Numbered from the stretch's first letter, positions 30,050 to 41,496 are shown. The stretch is DNA of 64,000 bases from an uncultured candidate division Zixibacteria bacterium (GCA_963801605.1 CAWDFP010000006.1:608001-672000), one strand, 5' to 3'. Numbers and translations are program-made. Notes: generated by a model from the sequence alone, not told the origin.

Positions 30050-31222
30050 GAATCCCGTTGTATTTGAAATTGCTTTTTCTTGGCGCCATCGCGTTGGCCT
30101 TTTCGCCGCATGCTTCGGCGGGACCGCCCGACACGCTTAAATTCTCGTCGATTCAATACGTTAAGATTCAGCAAGAGCTTTACAGCGAACCGGTCAAGAA
30201 AATCTGCCTGAAAAGTGAAAACGATGACGCTTATCCAGCGGTGGTGGTGTTCAACGGGAAGATTCTTTTTCTGGGACCTGATGGCAAAGAGATTAGGCAA
30301 GATAGTCTTCCGCAGGCTAAGGAAACTAAGGTTACTCAATCCGCCGAGGGGAATCTTGTTTATGTTTTCGGTCCTTTAAGCGACAGCACCAAAGGCGCAT
30401 TTCATAGACTTTATAAGTCTACGGGCGAAATTATATTAAGTAAAATCGATAGCGCCTCATTGGGAGCGGTTGGGATGGGCATACCGCTGGAACGCGAGAA
30501 TGCTTTTATTCTGGGTGGGTTTGGGAAAGCAACGCTTACAAAATTTGACGGTAGCCCGGTGGCCCAAAAGCAGTTTCTAAACAAGGAAATCTATGAGGAT
30601 GGCGACATTTATACCTCAGTAATCCCGGTCGAGAACACTATCTTTATGGCCGTAAATCGGTTTAAAGTACCCATAGGAAACGATAACAGTGTCAAACCGA
30701 TTCTCTATGCTTTTGATTCCAAGCTCAATGAGATTTTCAATGATACTCTCGATGGCGCCATCGCGTTGTCGCTTACGACGAGCGAAAATGGTAAATTTCT
30801 GATTCTGAGAGAGGAGTCCTCAGATACCGGCAGCCCGCTTTGGATAGTTGATTTCTCCGGAAAAAGGCTCAAGAGCTTTGCAAATCCCAGGGTCGTCGCT
30901 ATAGCCGCAGAGGGCAATTATTTGATTCAGGTGCCGCGCGGAGGGAGACCCGAAATTTATTCAACATTGGATTGGAGTCTGCTTTATACACCAGACTATA
31001 CCGCCGATGCCATATCCCTGGATTGAAGCCGCAATTTCGAGTAACGGGTCCTTAGCGATTCTTTACAATGGCGATGATCTGGCACTTGTGGATATTAGTA
31101 GTAAATCATGGAGTGTGGTGCATTTCCCATACGCTTTCGAAAATTGCAGGCTATATGAAAACGGCCAAAAGCTCATGTTTCGCGGCGAATTTGGCTATAT
31201 AATTTACCGGCTTAGCCCCTAA
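30046..31222 (+). CDS. Secreted hypothetical protein, probable beta-propeller (indel near 31010)
   Basis: Signal peptide; repeated SxxG blade-like motifs (SAEGNLV, SENGKFL, AAEGNYL, SSNGSLA); continues in ORF 31007..31222. Confidence 0.65.
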
Positions 31223-31391
31223 AGCGGAAAACCGAAATAGAAATTCGTTTAATATCCTAGGTTTGACAAACGGCCTAATGCGATTTATTAACAAGTGGCA
31301 ATCATTACTCTTTATTATCCCCATAAAAATAGCTTTATATCCCAAAACTTTAGCCGATAATTATAAGCGGGGATGAAAAAAGGAAGATATT

Positions 31392-32618
31392 ATGAAAACT
31401 AAGCTCGTATTCATTGTTTTTTTGATGCTTTTAGGCGTAATGGCCTGTAGTACTAGCCCAACTACGCCATCAGTGATTGTTCCAATCTCAATTGGCAGTC
31501 CTGCTGACGGAGCAATGCTAACTGACCCTGTCTATATTACAGCCAATCCTGGCGCGGGTTACACATTCAGGAGAGTAGACTTTTATATCGATAGCGTTTT
31601 AGTGGCAACCGATTCGGTAGCTCCATTCCAATACTTCTGGAATATTTTCTCCTATACAAGCGGGACCAGTCGCCTCATTTACGCAGTGGGCACAACAGCC
31701 GACACGACCTATACTGCTCAGGCAATCCATGTCACACCTAATTTCACGCGCGGTTTTTCGTTTATATCAACTTATCGGCCGGGATCGCAGCATGCGCTTG
31801 GAATAGCGAATTATTATAATGTTCTATTTATTTCCACCGGTGATGCCGGCTTGGAAGTGCTGGACATTACGATGAGATCCCAACCGCTTTTCCGTTCGCG
31901 ATTGGCCACTACCGGCCCGGCTCAACATGCGGCGGTTTCGTTTCCTTTTGTTTATATTGCAGATCGCGACCAGGGAGTTGAAATGGCCAATTTCGAGAAT
32001 GTCGACTCTCTTATTCCTACCAACCGTTACGGGTCGCAAAGCCTGGCAAGAGATGTGGCAGCCTCAGATAATGTAATTTTGGCGGCGGAAAACGACGGGC
32101 TCTCCATTCTCGCGACATCGAATCTGGCGTTATATTCCCGAAGGATCTTTCAGGATTTATTAAACTACGTCGTTGCACGTCACGATACGGCTTTCCTCGT
32201 GGGCAATAACGGTTTCTATATAGTTGATTGCACAAACCCCAACGCCTCCCAAATCGTCTCTACATACAATCTTCCGGGGCAGGGTCTGGGGGTTGCAGTG
32301 ATAGATACCTTTGCTTTTATCGCCGTTGGCTCCGAGGGCTTAATCGCTCTATCGATTAAAAATCCGGGGAATCCTGGATTTTTGTCGCATTATTCTTCCG
32401 GGCAGATTATGACATCAGTTGTTACCGGAGATGGAATTTTATTTGCGGGATCTAACTCCAGCGTGGTTTATGCGCTCGACTATAAGGATCATCCGGATAG
32501 TTTGGTATTTATAGATCGCGTCGATGTAAGCGGTAGTGTAGCCGAAATAGCCCACGGCCCCAACTATCTCTACGTGGCTACCAGCAGTAATGTTGATATA
32601 TTGCGATTTGTACCGTAA
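31392..32618 (+). CDS. Lipoprotein with Ig-like domain and LVIVD repeats
   Basis: VMAC lipobox; VDFYIDS...APFQYFW Ig domain; GLEVLDI, YIAD..GV, GFYIVDC, GLIALSI repeats. Confidence 0.85.
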   Translation: MKTKLVFIVFLMLLGVMACSTSPTTPSVIVPISIGSPADGAMLTDPVYITANPGAGYTFRRVDFYIDSVLVATDSVAPFQYFWNIFSYTSGTSRLIYAVGTTADTTYTAQAIHVTPNFTRGFSFISTYRPGSQHALGIANYYNVLFISTGDAGLEVLDITMRSQPLFRSRLATTGPAQHAAVSFPFVYIADRDQGVEMANFENVDSLIPTNRYGSQSLARDVAASDNVILAAENDGLSILATSNLALYSRRIFQDLLNYVVARHDTAFLVGNNGFYIVDCTNPNASQIVSTYNLPGQGLGVAVIDTFAFIAVGSEGLIALSIKNPGNPGFLSHYSSGQIMTSVVTGDGILFAGSNSSVVYALDYKDHPDSLVFIDRVDVSGSVAEIAHGPNYLYVATSSNVDILRFVP

Positions 32619-32643
32619 AGGCAAGATTCTTAAAGAGTGTTCC

Positions 32644-32680
32644 GGGCCGTTTGGAAGGAATTCCAGCGGCCTGTTTTTTT
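32644..32680 (+). terminator. Intrinsic terminator
   Basis: ggccgtttggaa-ggaa-ttccagcggcc followed by a T7 run. Confidence 0.7.
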
Positions 32681-32685
32681 ATATT

Positions 32686-33156
32686 TTAATGCATTCCAAA
32701 CCAAGGACCGGCGTTGAGGCTATCGTAAAACGTAATTTGATCTTCCTTTTCCCTGATTTTCCCTCCAGCCTCCTGAGCTAACGCAAAATATTTTTCGTAT
32801 CCGGTACTATTCCCCGCGGCGGCCAGAGCTCGGGCCATGGCCTCGTAAGCGAATGCCAGGTCGATATCACCAAATCCGTTTTGATCGCATATAGCTAAGG
32901 TTCTTTTGGCATGATGAAGGGCAGCTTCAGATCTTTCCAAAACGGAATTAACGCGTGATATCATCCATTCTCCTCTCGCCTGATGAAGAGCGGTTCCCGC
33001 TTCGCGCCAATGGTAGCAGGAGGCATAAGCGCATTGAAGCATTTTTTCATTATCGTCCTCGCTGCGAAGCTCCAATTCAAGGAGCTGCCAGGTCCGATTG
33101 AATAACTCCACAGCGAATTTCCTATGATATTCCTGAGGCGATTCGGATTCATTCAT
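32686..33156 (-). CDS. Conserved helical (TPR-like) hypothetical protein
   Basis: HRKFAVELFNRTW...AYASCYHW...RGEWMISRV...AFAYEAMARA; SD aaggag before ATG 33156. Confidence 0.75.
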   Translation of the reverse strand: MNESESPQEYHRKFAVELFNRTWQLLELELRSEDDNEKMLQCAYASCYHWREAGTALHQARGEWMISRVNSVLERSEAALHHAKRTLAICDQNGFGDIDLAFAYEAMARALAAAGNSTGYEKYFALAQEAGGKIREKEDQITFYDSLNAGPWFGMH

Positions 33157-33301
33157 AAGCACACTCCTTTCCAGGCCAATTCTAATTTTATACCTGGTTA
33201 ATCTTCCCCGGCCGAAACGAACTTGGTGATTATAATAACGGGGCCTGTAGCGGCCCCGGTTTCGCAATTTTTGATTAAGTAGGCAACCCCATCGCCTATT
33301 A

Positions 33302-33934
33302 TCAAGGTTTGTTCATGCCCGCCGCCGGCGGGGTAGGCTGAGGTACCTGGTTATTGATCGGCTTCAGGGATTTCAAATAGGCAAACACTGCTTTGAGGTC
33401 AGAATCTTTAGCTTTGCCAATTTCATACCAGGGCATAGGAGGCAAGATTTGCCGACCTGCACCCATGTGCTTGCCGGTATGCATGGCTTGAATGAAGGTT
33501 TCCTCGGTCCAAGCTCCGATGCCAGTGGCCTGATCAGGAGTTAAGTTGAATGTGTAGCTTACTCCCCAGGGCCCTGCCCAGGCGGTCATACCATTGTTTC
33601 CAATGAATCCCCAGGTATTCGGCCCAATGACGCCGGTGGGAACCGCAGGTATGGCCTCAGAAGCCGGATGGCCGGAAAGAATACGAGACATATCAGGGTG
33701 CGGCCCTGTCTCCGTAAACACTTTGGGGCTGTGGCAATCGTTACACCCGCCTAAGGTTACAATATACTCTCCGGCCGAAACCAATCCCGGAGCTTCTTCT
33801 TTTGTCATCTCGATTTTACCCTTAGCCTTTTCCAAGGCGGGCCTTTCCTCCGGTTGTGCATATACAATTCCCAACAACCCGAAAATCAGGATGCCAAGAA
33901 CAATGAATCCCGCAATAGATACTTTTTTGGTCAT
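33302..33934 (-). CDS. Periplasmic c-type cytochrome
   Basis: Signal peptide, GEYIV..GGCNDCHSP heme motif, NLTPD..TGIG.W, PPMPW. Confidence 0.9.
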   Translation of the reverse strand: MTKKVSIAGFIVLGILIFGLLGIVYAQPEERPALEKAKGKIEMTKEEAPGLVSAGEYIVTLGGCNDCHSPKVFTETGPHPDMSRILSGHPASEAIPAVPTGVIGPNTWGFIGNNGMTAWAGPWGVSYTFNLTPDQATGIGAWTEETFIQAMHTGKHMGAGRQILPPMPWYEIGKAKDSDLKAVFAYLKSLKPINNQVPQPTPPAAGMNKP

Positions 33935-34274
33935 AAACCCTCCTTTGGTTAAATAAGATGTTTAAGTCCGTAACGCATTAAAAGCGCCACTCTCGATATA
34001 TAATATTTTTAAAATACTTCTGATTTAATTTAATATAGAGTCGATAAGCAGTCAAGCAAAAACCGGATTTTAGCGATAGCAGTAAATATTTAATATGGAG
34101 GCTTATTGCCGGGCCAAGGTTAAGATGAAAAATAACTTGCAATTGCCCTGCAGGCAGGTATTTTAAACTGATGTGATTGGCGGATGCAGTAATTCGGCTT
34201 GTTTTCGGCAGACTATTTTGCGACCCCATCAAGAGCGCACGCTATCGCGCCGATACAGAGATTGAGGTGTTTAT

Positions 34275-35531
34275 ATGATAATTAGGGGATTACGCAAATT
34301 AGCTGTATCATTTATTGTTTTTACCTGCTTTTTTTGTGGCATTTCACAGGCTCAATGGCATCTTGCATTTCAGGGTTCGCTTGTTACCAGCGGACGGCCT
34401 CACGATCTGGTAGTCCAGGGGAGTTATGCTTACCTTGGCGATTGGGATGCCGGTCTGGAAATAATCGATATTTCCTACCTTCCAAGCCCTCAACGCGTTT
34501 CAGGATATAATACTGTCGGGTTGGCCAACTCGGTTACTTTAGCGGGACATTATGCTTATGTGGCCGATTGGAACCACGGAATGACCATAATAGATATTGC
34601 GTTTCCTCATGCTCCTCAGTATGTGTCGAATTGGGATACGCCGGGACAGGCTACCAATATATATATCTTAGGGAATTATGCGTACATATCGGATTTTAAT
34701 GGTGGTATAAGTATCGTTGATATTTCGAATCCGGCTTCTCCTCAGGGCGTATCACGTTATCTGACAGGCAGCTTTGCGACCGGGATCTGGGGACAAGGAA
34801 ATTACTTATACGTTTCCAACTCAGTTAATGGTCTCAAAACATTCAATATCAGCACTCCCGATACCACAATCTGGGTCGATACCTATCGCTCGGGCGGTGA
34901 CGCCTCGAATGTAACCGGTGGAAACGGCTACATCTATCTTTCTGATGGCCTTGGCGGAGTTAAGATACTTTCTCTTTCAGATCCGGCCCATCCTAATTTC
35001 GTATCGGAAATTGAAACGCCGGGCTATGTAAATGACGCCTCGCTTTCCGATACGCTGCTTTATATCGCCGATGATGTTACTGGGGCCTTGGCCGTTTCTG
35101 TTGCCATTCCTGCTTATCCGAATATTATCGCTACATACAATAGCCCGGGAACAGCCGTTGGAATTTATGCCCAGGGATACAATATTTACCTCGGGGATAC
35201 CAATTCCCTTATTACTCTGCTTTTAACCGATGTTGATGCCGTTGATGATGGCAACCAAATTCTGCCATCGATGTTTGAAATTAAAAGAGTTTACCCCAAT
35301 CCTTTTAATCCTCAGGCGACGGTTGATTTTTCTCTTGAGCGAAGAATGGGAGTTAATCTGGCGGCGTATGATCTTACCGGACGGTTGGTGGCCCATCTGG
35401 CCACCGGGTTTTATGAAGCAGGCGATCATTCAATTGTATGGAATGCATCGGGATTGCCATCAGGAACTTATCTGGTTCGCCTTTCGAGCGGCGGCTATTC
35501 CAAGACCATTAAAGCCACGGTTCTCAAATAA
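34275..35531 (+). CDS. Secreted LVIVD-repeat protein with T9SS-type C-terminal domain
   Basis: About six ~40-aa repeats (YAY.xD..xGL.IIDI); C-terminal VYPNPFNP...LPSGTYLVRL. Confidence 0.9.
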   Translation: MIIRGLRKLAVSFIVFTCFFCGISQAQWHLAFQGSLVTSGRPHDLVVQGSYAYLGDWDAGLEIIDISYLPSPQRVSGYNTVGLANSVTLAGHYAYVADWNHGMTIIDIAFPHAPQYVSNWDTPGQATNIYILGNYAYISDFNGGISIVDISNPASPQGVSRYLTGSFATGIWGQGNYLYVSNSVNGLKTFNISTPDTTIWVDTYRSGGDASNVTGGNGYIYLSDGLGGVKILSLSDPAHPNFVSEIETPGYVNDASLSDTLLYIADDVTGALAVSVAIPAYPNIIATYNSPGTAVGIYAQGYNIYLGDTNSLITLLLTDVDAVDDGNQILPSMFEIKRVYPNPFNPQATVDFSLERRMGVNLAAYDLTGRLVAHLATGFYEAGDHSIVWNASGLPSGTYLVRLSSGGYSKTIKATVLK

Positions 35532-35568
35532 CGTCGAAAGAACCTTCGCGAAACTCCATTATAGACAC

Positions 35569-37847
35569 TTAAAATTTATAACTAATTCCCAAGCTGGGCA
35601 AAATACCGGCGTCATAAACGAAACCATCTGCCGTTCTTATAATCGGGTTTTGATAATTAAAGATGTTGGAAATGTTGGCATTAATCTGAAAGCGGCCGAA
35701 ATTTAAATCCGCATTAAAATCCGTACTCATATTAGTGGGAAATTTCGCGGAGTTTTCCGAACTAATGATTCCTCGATAAAAGGACTCTGTATACCGGTTA
35801 GTATTCACTACACCGTTTGGAGTGGTTAGCTGCGTATACGGGAAGCCGGTATGGAGGGAAATTTTCCCCCAATCCTGAAGTGACGATTTATTCTAATCCC
35901 GAGTTCCGTATAAAGTTTATTGGGGGCATTTAATTCATACGGTACCGTTATGTTTTGAGTAATCTTCACGGCATGGCTGTAACCGTAGAATGCGAAAAAG
36001 TCAAACCTGTGAAAGTTATTTAGCTCAAAAGTTACATCCCCCCCGTAGGAGTTAATCTGTCCATCCGACCGCATCACAAGGAAGTCTTTGCCGGCAGTGC
36101 CATCTTCACTTACCTGACTGAAATCCGGGATAAGTCGTGGAATATTCCTGATTTCTTTTTTAAATGCGCCGAGTTTGAATGGCCCAGCCGCCCAATTTAT
36201 GGCAGATAAGCTTGTTTCCACCGGACGAAGCTTTGATAGATTTGCCATCACCAATATCTGGTAGGGTTCGAGGATTCTATTTACTGGGCTGTTGGCGTAT
36301 GTACCGTATGATAATCCCCATAAACCAAACCCGGGGCTCCTGAATAGAAGCGAGTTTCTCCAAAGCAGAGCGTTTTTTTCTCCAAGATCGCGGAGGTATT
36401 CACCTCTTAAACCAGACTCTATCTCAAACAAACCCCACGATTGCTTAACCGATAAGTAACCGGCGTCAGTAAGTTGGTCGGATATGGAATTATAAGCACC
36501 GTAATAGTGGTTTAACTCTCTTTGATAGATGAAGGGATTATCGCTATTGGCATCGGGCGGTAAGAAGTTCCAGTTGTTTTGGCGAAGCTGAATCTGACGC
36601 CCCTTGACATAATTCAGATTATTGCCAAGGGTAATCCGGGTTCCGCCAAAGAGAAGATTCATTTCGAAATCTGCCACCTGTGTCACGATTTGAGTATTTA
36701 AATCCACATAAAAGGAGCTTAAAGAATCGCCTCCAATCGAAACCGCTTTGTAATGTTCACGACCTTCTTTTACTGCGCCATTAAGTTTGAATGAAAGATG
36801 CTGGTATAAGCCCTCAAAGCGTACTCCGGAAAAGCGCTCTCCCGTATTTTGATAAGTATTAATACCGCCCGGATTGTTGGACGAAGCTCCCAAATTATAC
36901 GAAAGATTATCCTTAACATCGTAATTATCGTTTAACAGCTTTATGTGATCAGATATCTTGAGGCCGCTGGATATGAAGATGTCTTTAAACGCTGTCGGAG
37001 GTATAGTGACTTGTTTGGAGTCGGGGGTTATTTTATTCGCAATTTTATCAAGCACCGATTTCCGTAGCGTTGAAAGCAGATAGTAGTTATTACTTCCCAA
37101 AGAAACCGACCCTGTGCCCTCGACAAATGAAAGGTCCATTTCGCTGTGTGGCTTGCTATCAAATGGCTGAATAGTGCCAAACTGTATTATCGAGGGAGAG
37201 CTTGAAGAGGCGTTTGTGCCTTGTGGGAAAAATCTAATCTGGCCGACCGCCGAACCGGGAACGATCGAGAACATGCCATAGTGATTGGGGTCATATCCCA
37301 TTTCGATTCCATTGAGATAATAAATCGGACTGGTGCCGTTGATCCGGAGTTTGGAGGAGTAACTGGAACCTTCGCGTACTAATTGTGCCTGCCTGATGGC
37401 GCTGATTGGATTGGTGGTGACAAGAGAGTGCCTCGAGGCGAGATCGATTTTTTCCGAACTCATCGAGGTCATCAGCTCCGCTTCGCGAGACTTGGGAGAA
37501 ACCACGATAGTGCCAAGCTCAATCGGTTTTTCATGCAAATTAAAGTTGATGACACTGGTATCGGACTTGGAAAAGAGCTTTACGATTCTATCTTCATATC
37601 CGATAGATGATGCCCTAACTATAAGCGTATCTTCTTTCACATTGGCAATTTTGATGCTGTATTCGCCATTCGGCCCGCTGACGACTCCGCCTAGGTTATT
37701 CTCTCCAGATTTAACAATTACGGCAGTCCCAACCAACGGCTCGCTGCCAATACCGCTTATTATGCCGGTAATAAACTTATCCTGGGACCCAAATGCTGGA
37801 ATCGCTAGCAGGATGGTGTATATGCAGATTAGTTTCAAATTTTTCAT
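35569..37847 (-). CDS. TonB-dependent receptor-like outer-membrane protein (indel near 35860)
   Basis: Signal peptide, CarboxypepD_reg-like N-domain (ITGII...GEYSI...SSIGY), plug-like region, beta-strands. The terminal segment (35569..35808) ends NIFN...GISYKF. Confidence 0.8.
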
Positions 37848-37876
37848 TTTAACATTTCCCCCTGTTACAGTTTAAA

Positions 37877-37891
37877 TCAATTGCCGTGCCA
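37877..37891 (-). promoter_or_regulatory. sigma54-like -24/-12 promoter
   Basis: Minus strand TGGCAC-GGCAA-TTGA, 30 nt upstream of ATG 37847. Confidence 0.5.
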
Positions 37892-38463
37892 GTGGCATGG
37901 TATTTGATGGATTTGCTATATGTTATTGGCAATTAATGGTTTGCGGGATTACGCCACCATGGGAATAGTTACATTTCAAATTATTTTATGCAAACGAAGT
38001 GCTATTAATTGAAGCGGATTTGTACCTTCGCAAGGCAAGGCATATTTTTGATTTCAGGGGAATGATAGGCGCGCATCTCCACGTATTTGGATTTATTCAA
38101 TTAAAATAGAATTACCCTATGTCGGTAATTCTCATAAAACAGTAAAACATCCTTTTTGAAAAACATGCTCATTTGTAGAATATGACTTCAATTTGCTTTG
38201 TTGGATGAGCGCATTTAACGAGTTCTTAATTGTAATTTTCAATTACTCGCGGGAAACCTGAGATAAAAGTATCCGTAGAAAAACGAGCACTTATTAAATT
38301 TTGATGAAGGCAATTTTTTTGAAGCGGAACATCGAAGATAAAACAAAAAAACAATAATTAGTTTTAAAATTCAGCGCTTGCCTGCGGGCAATCTGAGTCT
38401 TATTATCTCCAATACGCAATTGAAGATTATTAACTTAAGGCATAATCAAAAGAAGGAGGAATC

Positions 38464-39060
38464 GTGAAAAAAGGAGCAATACTAATAATAGCGATACTGG
38501 CTATGCTTTCATGCAGTTCACATCGCCAGGTCAGCCGCCTGCCGGCGGATTCGGTGACCGATTTAAGCGGTCAATGGAATGATACCGATGCCAAGCTGGT
38601 AGCCCAGGAAATGGTCTCAGACTGTTTGGCCAAAACCTGGCTCACTGATTTCCTTCAAGCCAAAGGCCAAAAGCCGGTAGTCACGGTGGGCACTATCCGC
38701 AATATGAGCAGCGAGCATATCGACACCGATATTTTCACCAGCGATTTCGAACGCGAGTTGATCAACTCCGGTAAGGTAAAATTTGTAGCCAGCCGCGATC
38801 AGAGAGGTGAGATTCGCAATGAACGCGCCGATCAGCAGGAGAACGCCTCCGAGGAAACGATGAAGCGTTCCGGCAAAGAAGTTGGCGCTGATTTTATTCT
38901 ACTTGGCTCGGTCAAAACCATCACCGACGAAATCGAAGGAAAGCGCACTATATTTTATCAAACCAACTATGAGCTGATAAATCTTGAAACCAATGAAAAA
39001 GTCTGGATCGGCGAAAAAGAGATTAAAAAAGGCATCTCCCAGGGTAAAGTAAAATGGTAA
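38464..39060 (+). CDS. LpoB-like penicillin-binding protein activator lipoprotein
   Basis: LSC lipobox; TDLSGQWNDTD, IRNMSSEHIDT, GADFIL, TNEKVWIG. Confidence 0.8.
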   Translation: MKKGAILIIAILAMLSCSSHRQVSRLPADSVTDLSGQWNDTDAKLVAQEMVSDCLAKTWLTDFLQAKGQKPVVTVGTIRNMSSEHIDTDIFTSDFERELINSGKVKFVASRDQRGEIRNERADQQENASEETMKRSGKEVGADFILLGSVKTITDEIEGKRTIFYQTNYELINLETNEKVWIGEKEIKKGISQGKVKW

Positions 39061-40445
39061 TTGGCAGGGCGGTGTTCGGGAGAATTCTCCCGGGCCTGCT
39101 GATAGCCTCTATAATTTCGGGCTGCGGAGCGGTGGCGACGCGCGATAAATTCTATAAGCCGATCGCCGCCGAGCTCGATGCCGGCAATTATTCTATAGCC
39201 GCAGAGAAGTTCGAAAAAGTCAAATTCGACAAGAAGGATCGCTTTCTATATTTTGTCGATTCCGGCGTACTTTATCATTATGCAGCGGAATTCGATAGCA
39301 GCAACGAAAGGCTCACAGCCGCCGAGAATGCCTCTGAAGAACTTTTCACCAAGAGCATTTCACGGGCAGCAACCTCGATGCTCTTAAACGATAATGTCCT
39401 GGAGTACGCCGGAGAAGATTATGAAGTCCTGTATACCAATCTTATCAAAGCGCTTAATTATCTGGCTTTAAAAAAAACCGATGATTTCTTTGTTGAAATT
39501 CGGCGCGCCGATCTTAAGCTCGGGCTTCTGGAACAGAAATATGTCAAAGCCGCCGAAACACTTAACCGCGGTGAGGACACTGATACGGCCGGCGTCAGAA
39601 TTAATTACCAGCCTGGAAAAGTCAGATTTAACAACGACGCCTTCGCCAGATATCTAAGCCTTCACATGTACGCCTCCGAGGGCAAATGGGATGACGCCAG
39701 AATCGATTACGACAAGCTTCAGGAGGCATTCGAAAGCCAGCCTCAATTATATGATTTCAATATGCCTGACGTAGTTTACGCCTCGGATAGCGGAGCCGTT
39801 TTGAGTATCGTTGGGCTGGTTGGGCTTTGCCCGGTAAAAAAAGCGCTTAATTTGCGTATCAGAACCGATAAAGACCTTGGCCTGGTACAAGTCCTCTATA
39901 CCGATCCCCAAAAAGAGGACACAGAATACGGGCAGCTTCCCATACCGGTAAAAGAAGATTACTATTTCAAGTTTGCCATTCCGGAGTTAACGCCGCGTCC
40001 GTCAATGATATCATCTGTCAGGATTTGGGCCGGCGATAAAGAGCTTGGTGAGCTTAGTCTTCTTGAAGATGTGACAAAAATCGCACAGGAGACATTCGAG
40101 GCTAAGAAGACTCTGATCTATTTACGTTCGGTGGGACGGGCCGTGGCCAAGGGATTGGCTACCCATCAACTTAAGAAAAAATTCGATACCGGAGGTATTG
40201 AGGGTTGGCTAAAGAAGGCCGCTGTTGATGTCGGCAGTGATATTTCCGAAAATGCCGATTTGCGCTGCGCCCGCTTTCTTCCCGGCCGAATTTTCGCATC
40301 AGATTTTGTGCTGGCTCCTGGGATATATGATTTGAAAGTGGAGTTTCTCGGTATTGACGATCAGATTATAAAAACTGAGACGATTCCGGGCTATGCAGTC
40401 AGTCAGTTTGGGCTGAACCTCATCAGCGTTTTTTCAACCGAATAA
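39054..40445 (+). CDS. TPR-like lipoprotein (COG3014-like) partnered with LpoB
   Basis: ISGC lipobox; LNDNVLEYAGEDYE, ADLRC motifs; overlaps the LpoB-like gene. Confidence 0.7.
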   Translation: MVIGRAVFGRILPGLLIASIISGCGAVATRDKFYKPIAAELDAGNYSIAAEKFEKVKFDKKDRFLYFVDSGVLYHYAAEFDSSNERLTAAENASEELFTKSISRAATSMLLNDNVLEYAGEDYEVLYTNLIKALNYLALKKTDDFFVEIRRADLKLGLLEQKYVKAAETLNRGEDTDTAGVRINYQPGKVRFNNDAFARYLSLHMYASEGKWDDARIDYDKLQEAFESQPQLYDFNMPDVVYASDSGAVLSIVGLVGLCPVKKALNLRIRTDKDLGLVQVLYTDPQKEDTEYGQLPIPVKEDYYFKFAIPELTPRPSMISSVRIWAGDKELGELSLLEDVTKIAQETFEAKKTLIYLRSVGRAVAKGLATHQLKKKFDTGGIEGWLKKAAVDVGSDISENADLRCARFLPGRIFASDFVLAPGIYDLKVEFLGIDDQIIKTETIPGYAVSQFGLNLISVFSTE

Positions 40446-40474
40446 AAAAACATAGCGATAAAAAGTGGATTTTT

Positions 40475-40510
40475 TGCCGGGTAACGTTCATTGCCCGGTA
40501 TTTTTATTTT
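40475..40510 (+). terminator. Terminator hairpin
   Basis: tgccgggtaa-cgttca-ttgcccggta followed by a T-rich tail. Confidence 0.6.
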
Positions 40511-41373
40511 TCAGATTCAGGCGTTTTTTCGGCCAAGTAATTCTTATAACATTTGGTAAACTCCGCTCCATAAAGCATTATTTGAGCGGAATAGAATGTC
40601 CAGAGCATGACGATCACCAGCGAACTGGCCGCGCCAAACATGGAACTGGCGCCGCTATGGCCGAGATAGAGACCAATCAGGTATTTTCCAACCGTAAATA
40701 AGCCGGAGGTCATGGCAGCGCCGACCCATACGGCGCGCCACCTAATCTTCACACCGGGCAGATATTTAAATATCAATGCAAAGAGCAGGGTGATGACTAC
40801 GAATGAAACTGTCAGATCCAAAATCCGCAAAATATTATCGAGACCGGGGAAAAGATTGCTGATATAACCGCCGAAACCGGCGGATGCCGCGCTTACTATC
40901 AACGAAACTAAAAGAAGAAATGCGATCGCCAGAACCATTCCGAATGAAATCAGGTGATCTATTAAATAGGCGATGACTGTGCTTATCGGTTTTTGCTCGG
41001 CTTGAAAAATCGTATCCAGCGAATCTCTGAGTTGCACGAATACCCCCGTGGCGCCAAAGATCAGCATGGCGCCTCCGAAGATGGTAGCTACGATCGTCGA
41101 GTGGGATTGGCCGGCGTTAGCAATCATGTTTTGGATGGCCAATGCGCCGTCCGGCCCGATAAGGCTCTGGATTTGGCCTACGATCTGCCCCTGAGCGGCG
41201 GCCCGTCCAAATACCACACCGGCGATGACGATAATAATCAGAAGCAGCGGGGCCAGCGAAAAGATGGTGAAGTAGGAAAGGGCGGCTCCCATTCTCCAGG
41301 CGTTATCGTTGTTCCATTCGTTGTAAGCGTCCCAAAAGAGTTTTAAGAATGATTTTGTCTTATGATTTGCCAT
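40504..41373 (-). CDS. YihY/BrkB family membrane protein
   Basis: GAALSYFTIFSLAPLL, multiple TMs, LWTFYSAQIMLYGAEF. Confidence 0.92.
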   Translation of the reverse strand: MANHKTKSFLKLFWDAYNEWNNDNAWRMGAALSYFTIFSLAPLLLIIIVIAGVVFGRAAAQGQIVGQIQSLIGPDGALAIQNMIANAGQSHSTIVATIFGGAMLIFGATGVFVQLRDSLDTIFQAEQKPISTVIAYLIDHLISFGMVLAIAFLLLVSLIVSAASAGFGGYISNLFPGLDNILRILDLTVSFVVITLLFALIFKYLPGVKIRWRAVWVGAAMTSGLFTVGKYLIGLYLGHSGASSMFGAASSLVIVMLWTFYSAQIMLYGAEFTKCYKNYLAEKTPESEK

Positions 41374-41496
41374 GCTCCTCCAGTTATTAATAATAATCTA
41401 TACCTATCTGGAGGAAGTATCGCAAGAGATTTTCGAATTAAAAATAGTGATAAACTAAAGATAAATCGGAGCCGTTCGTCCTAAGTAAATCATGGC

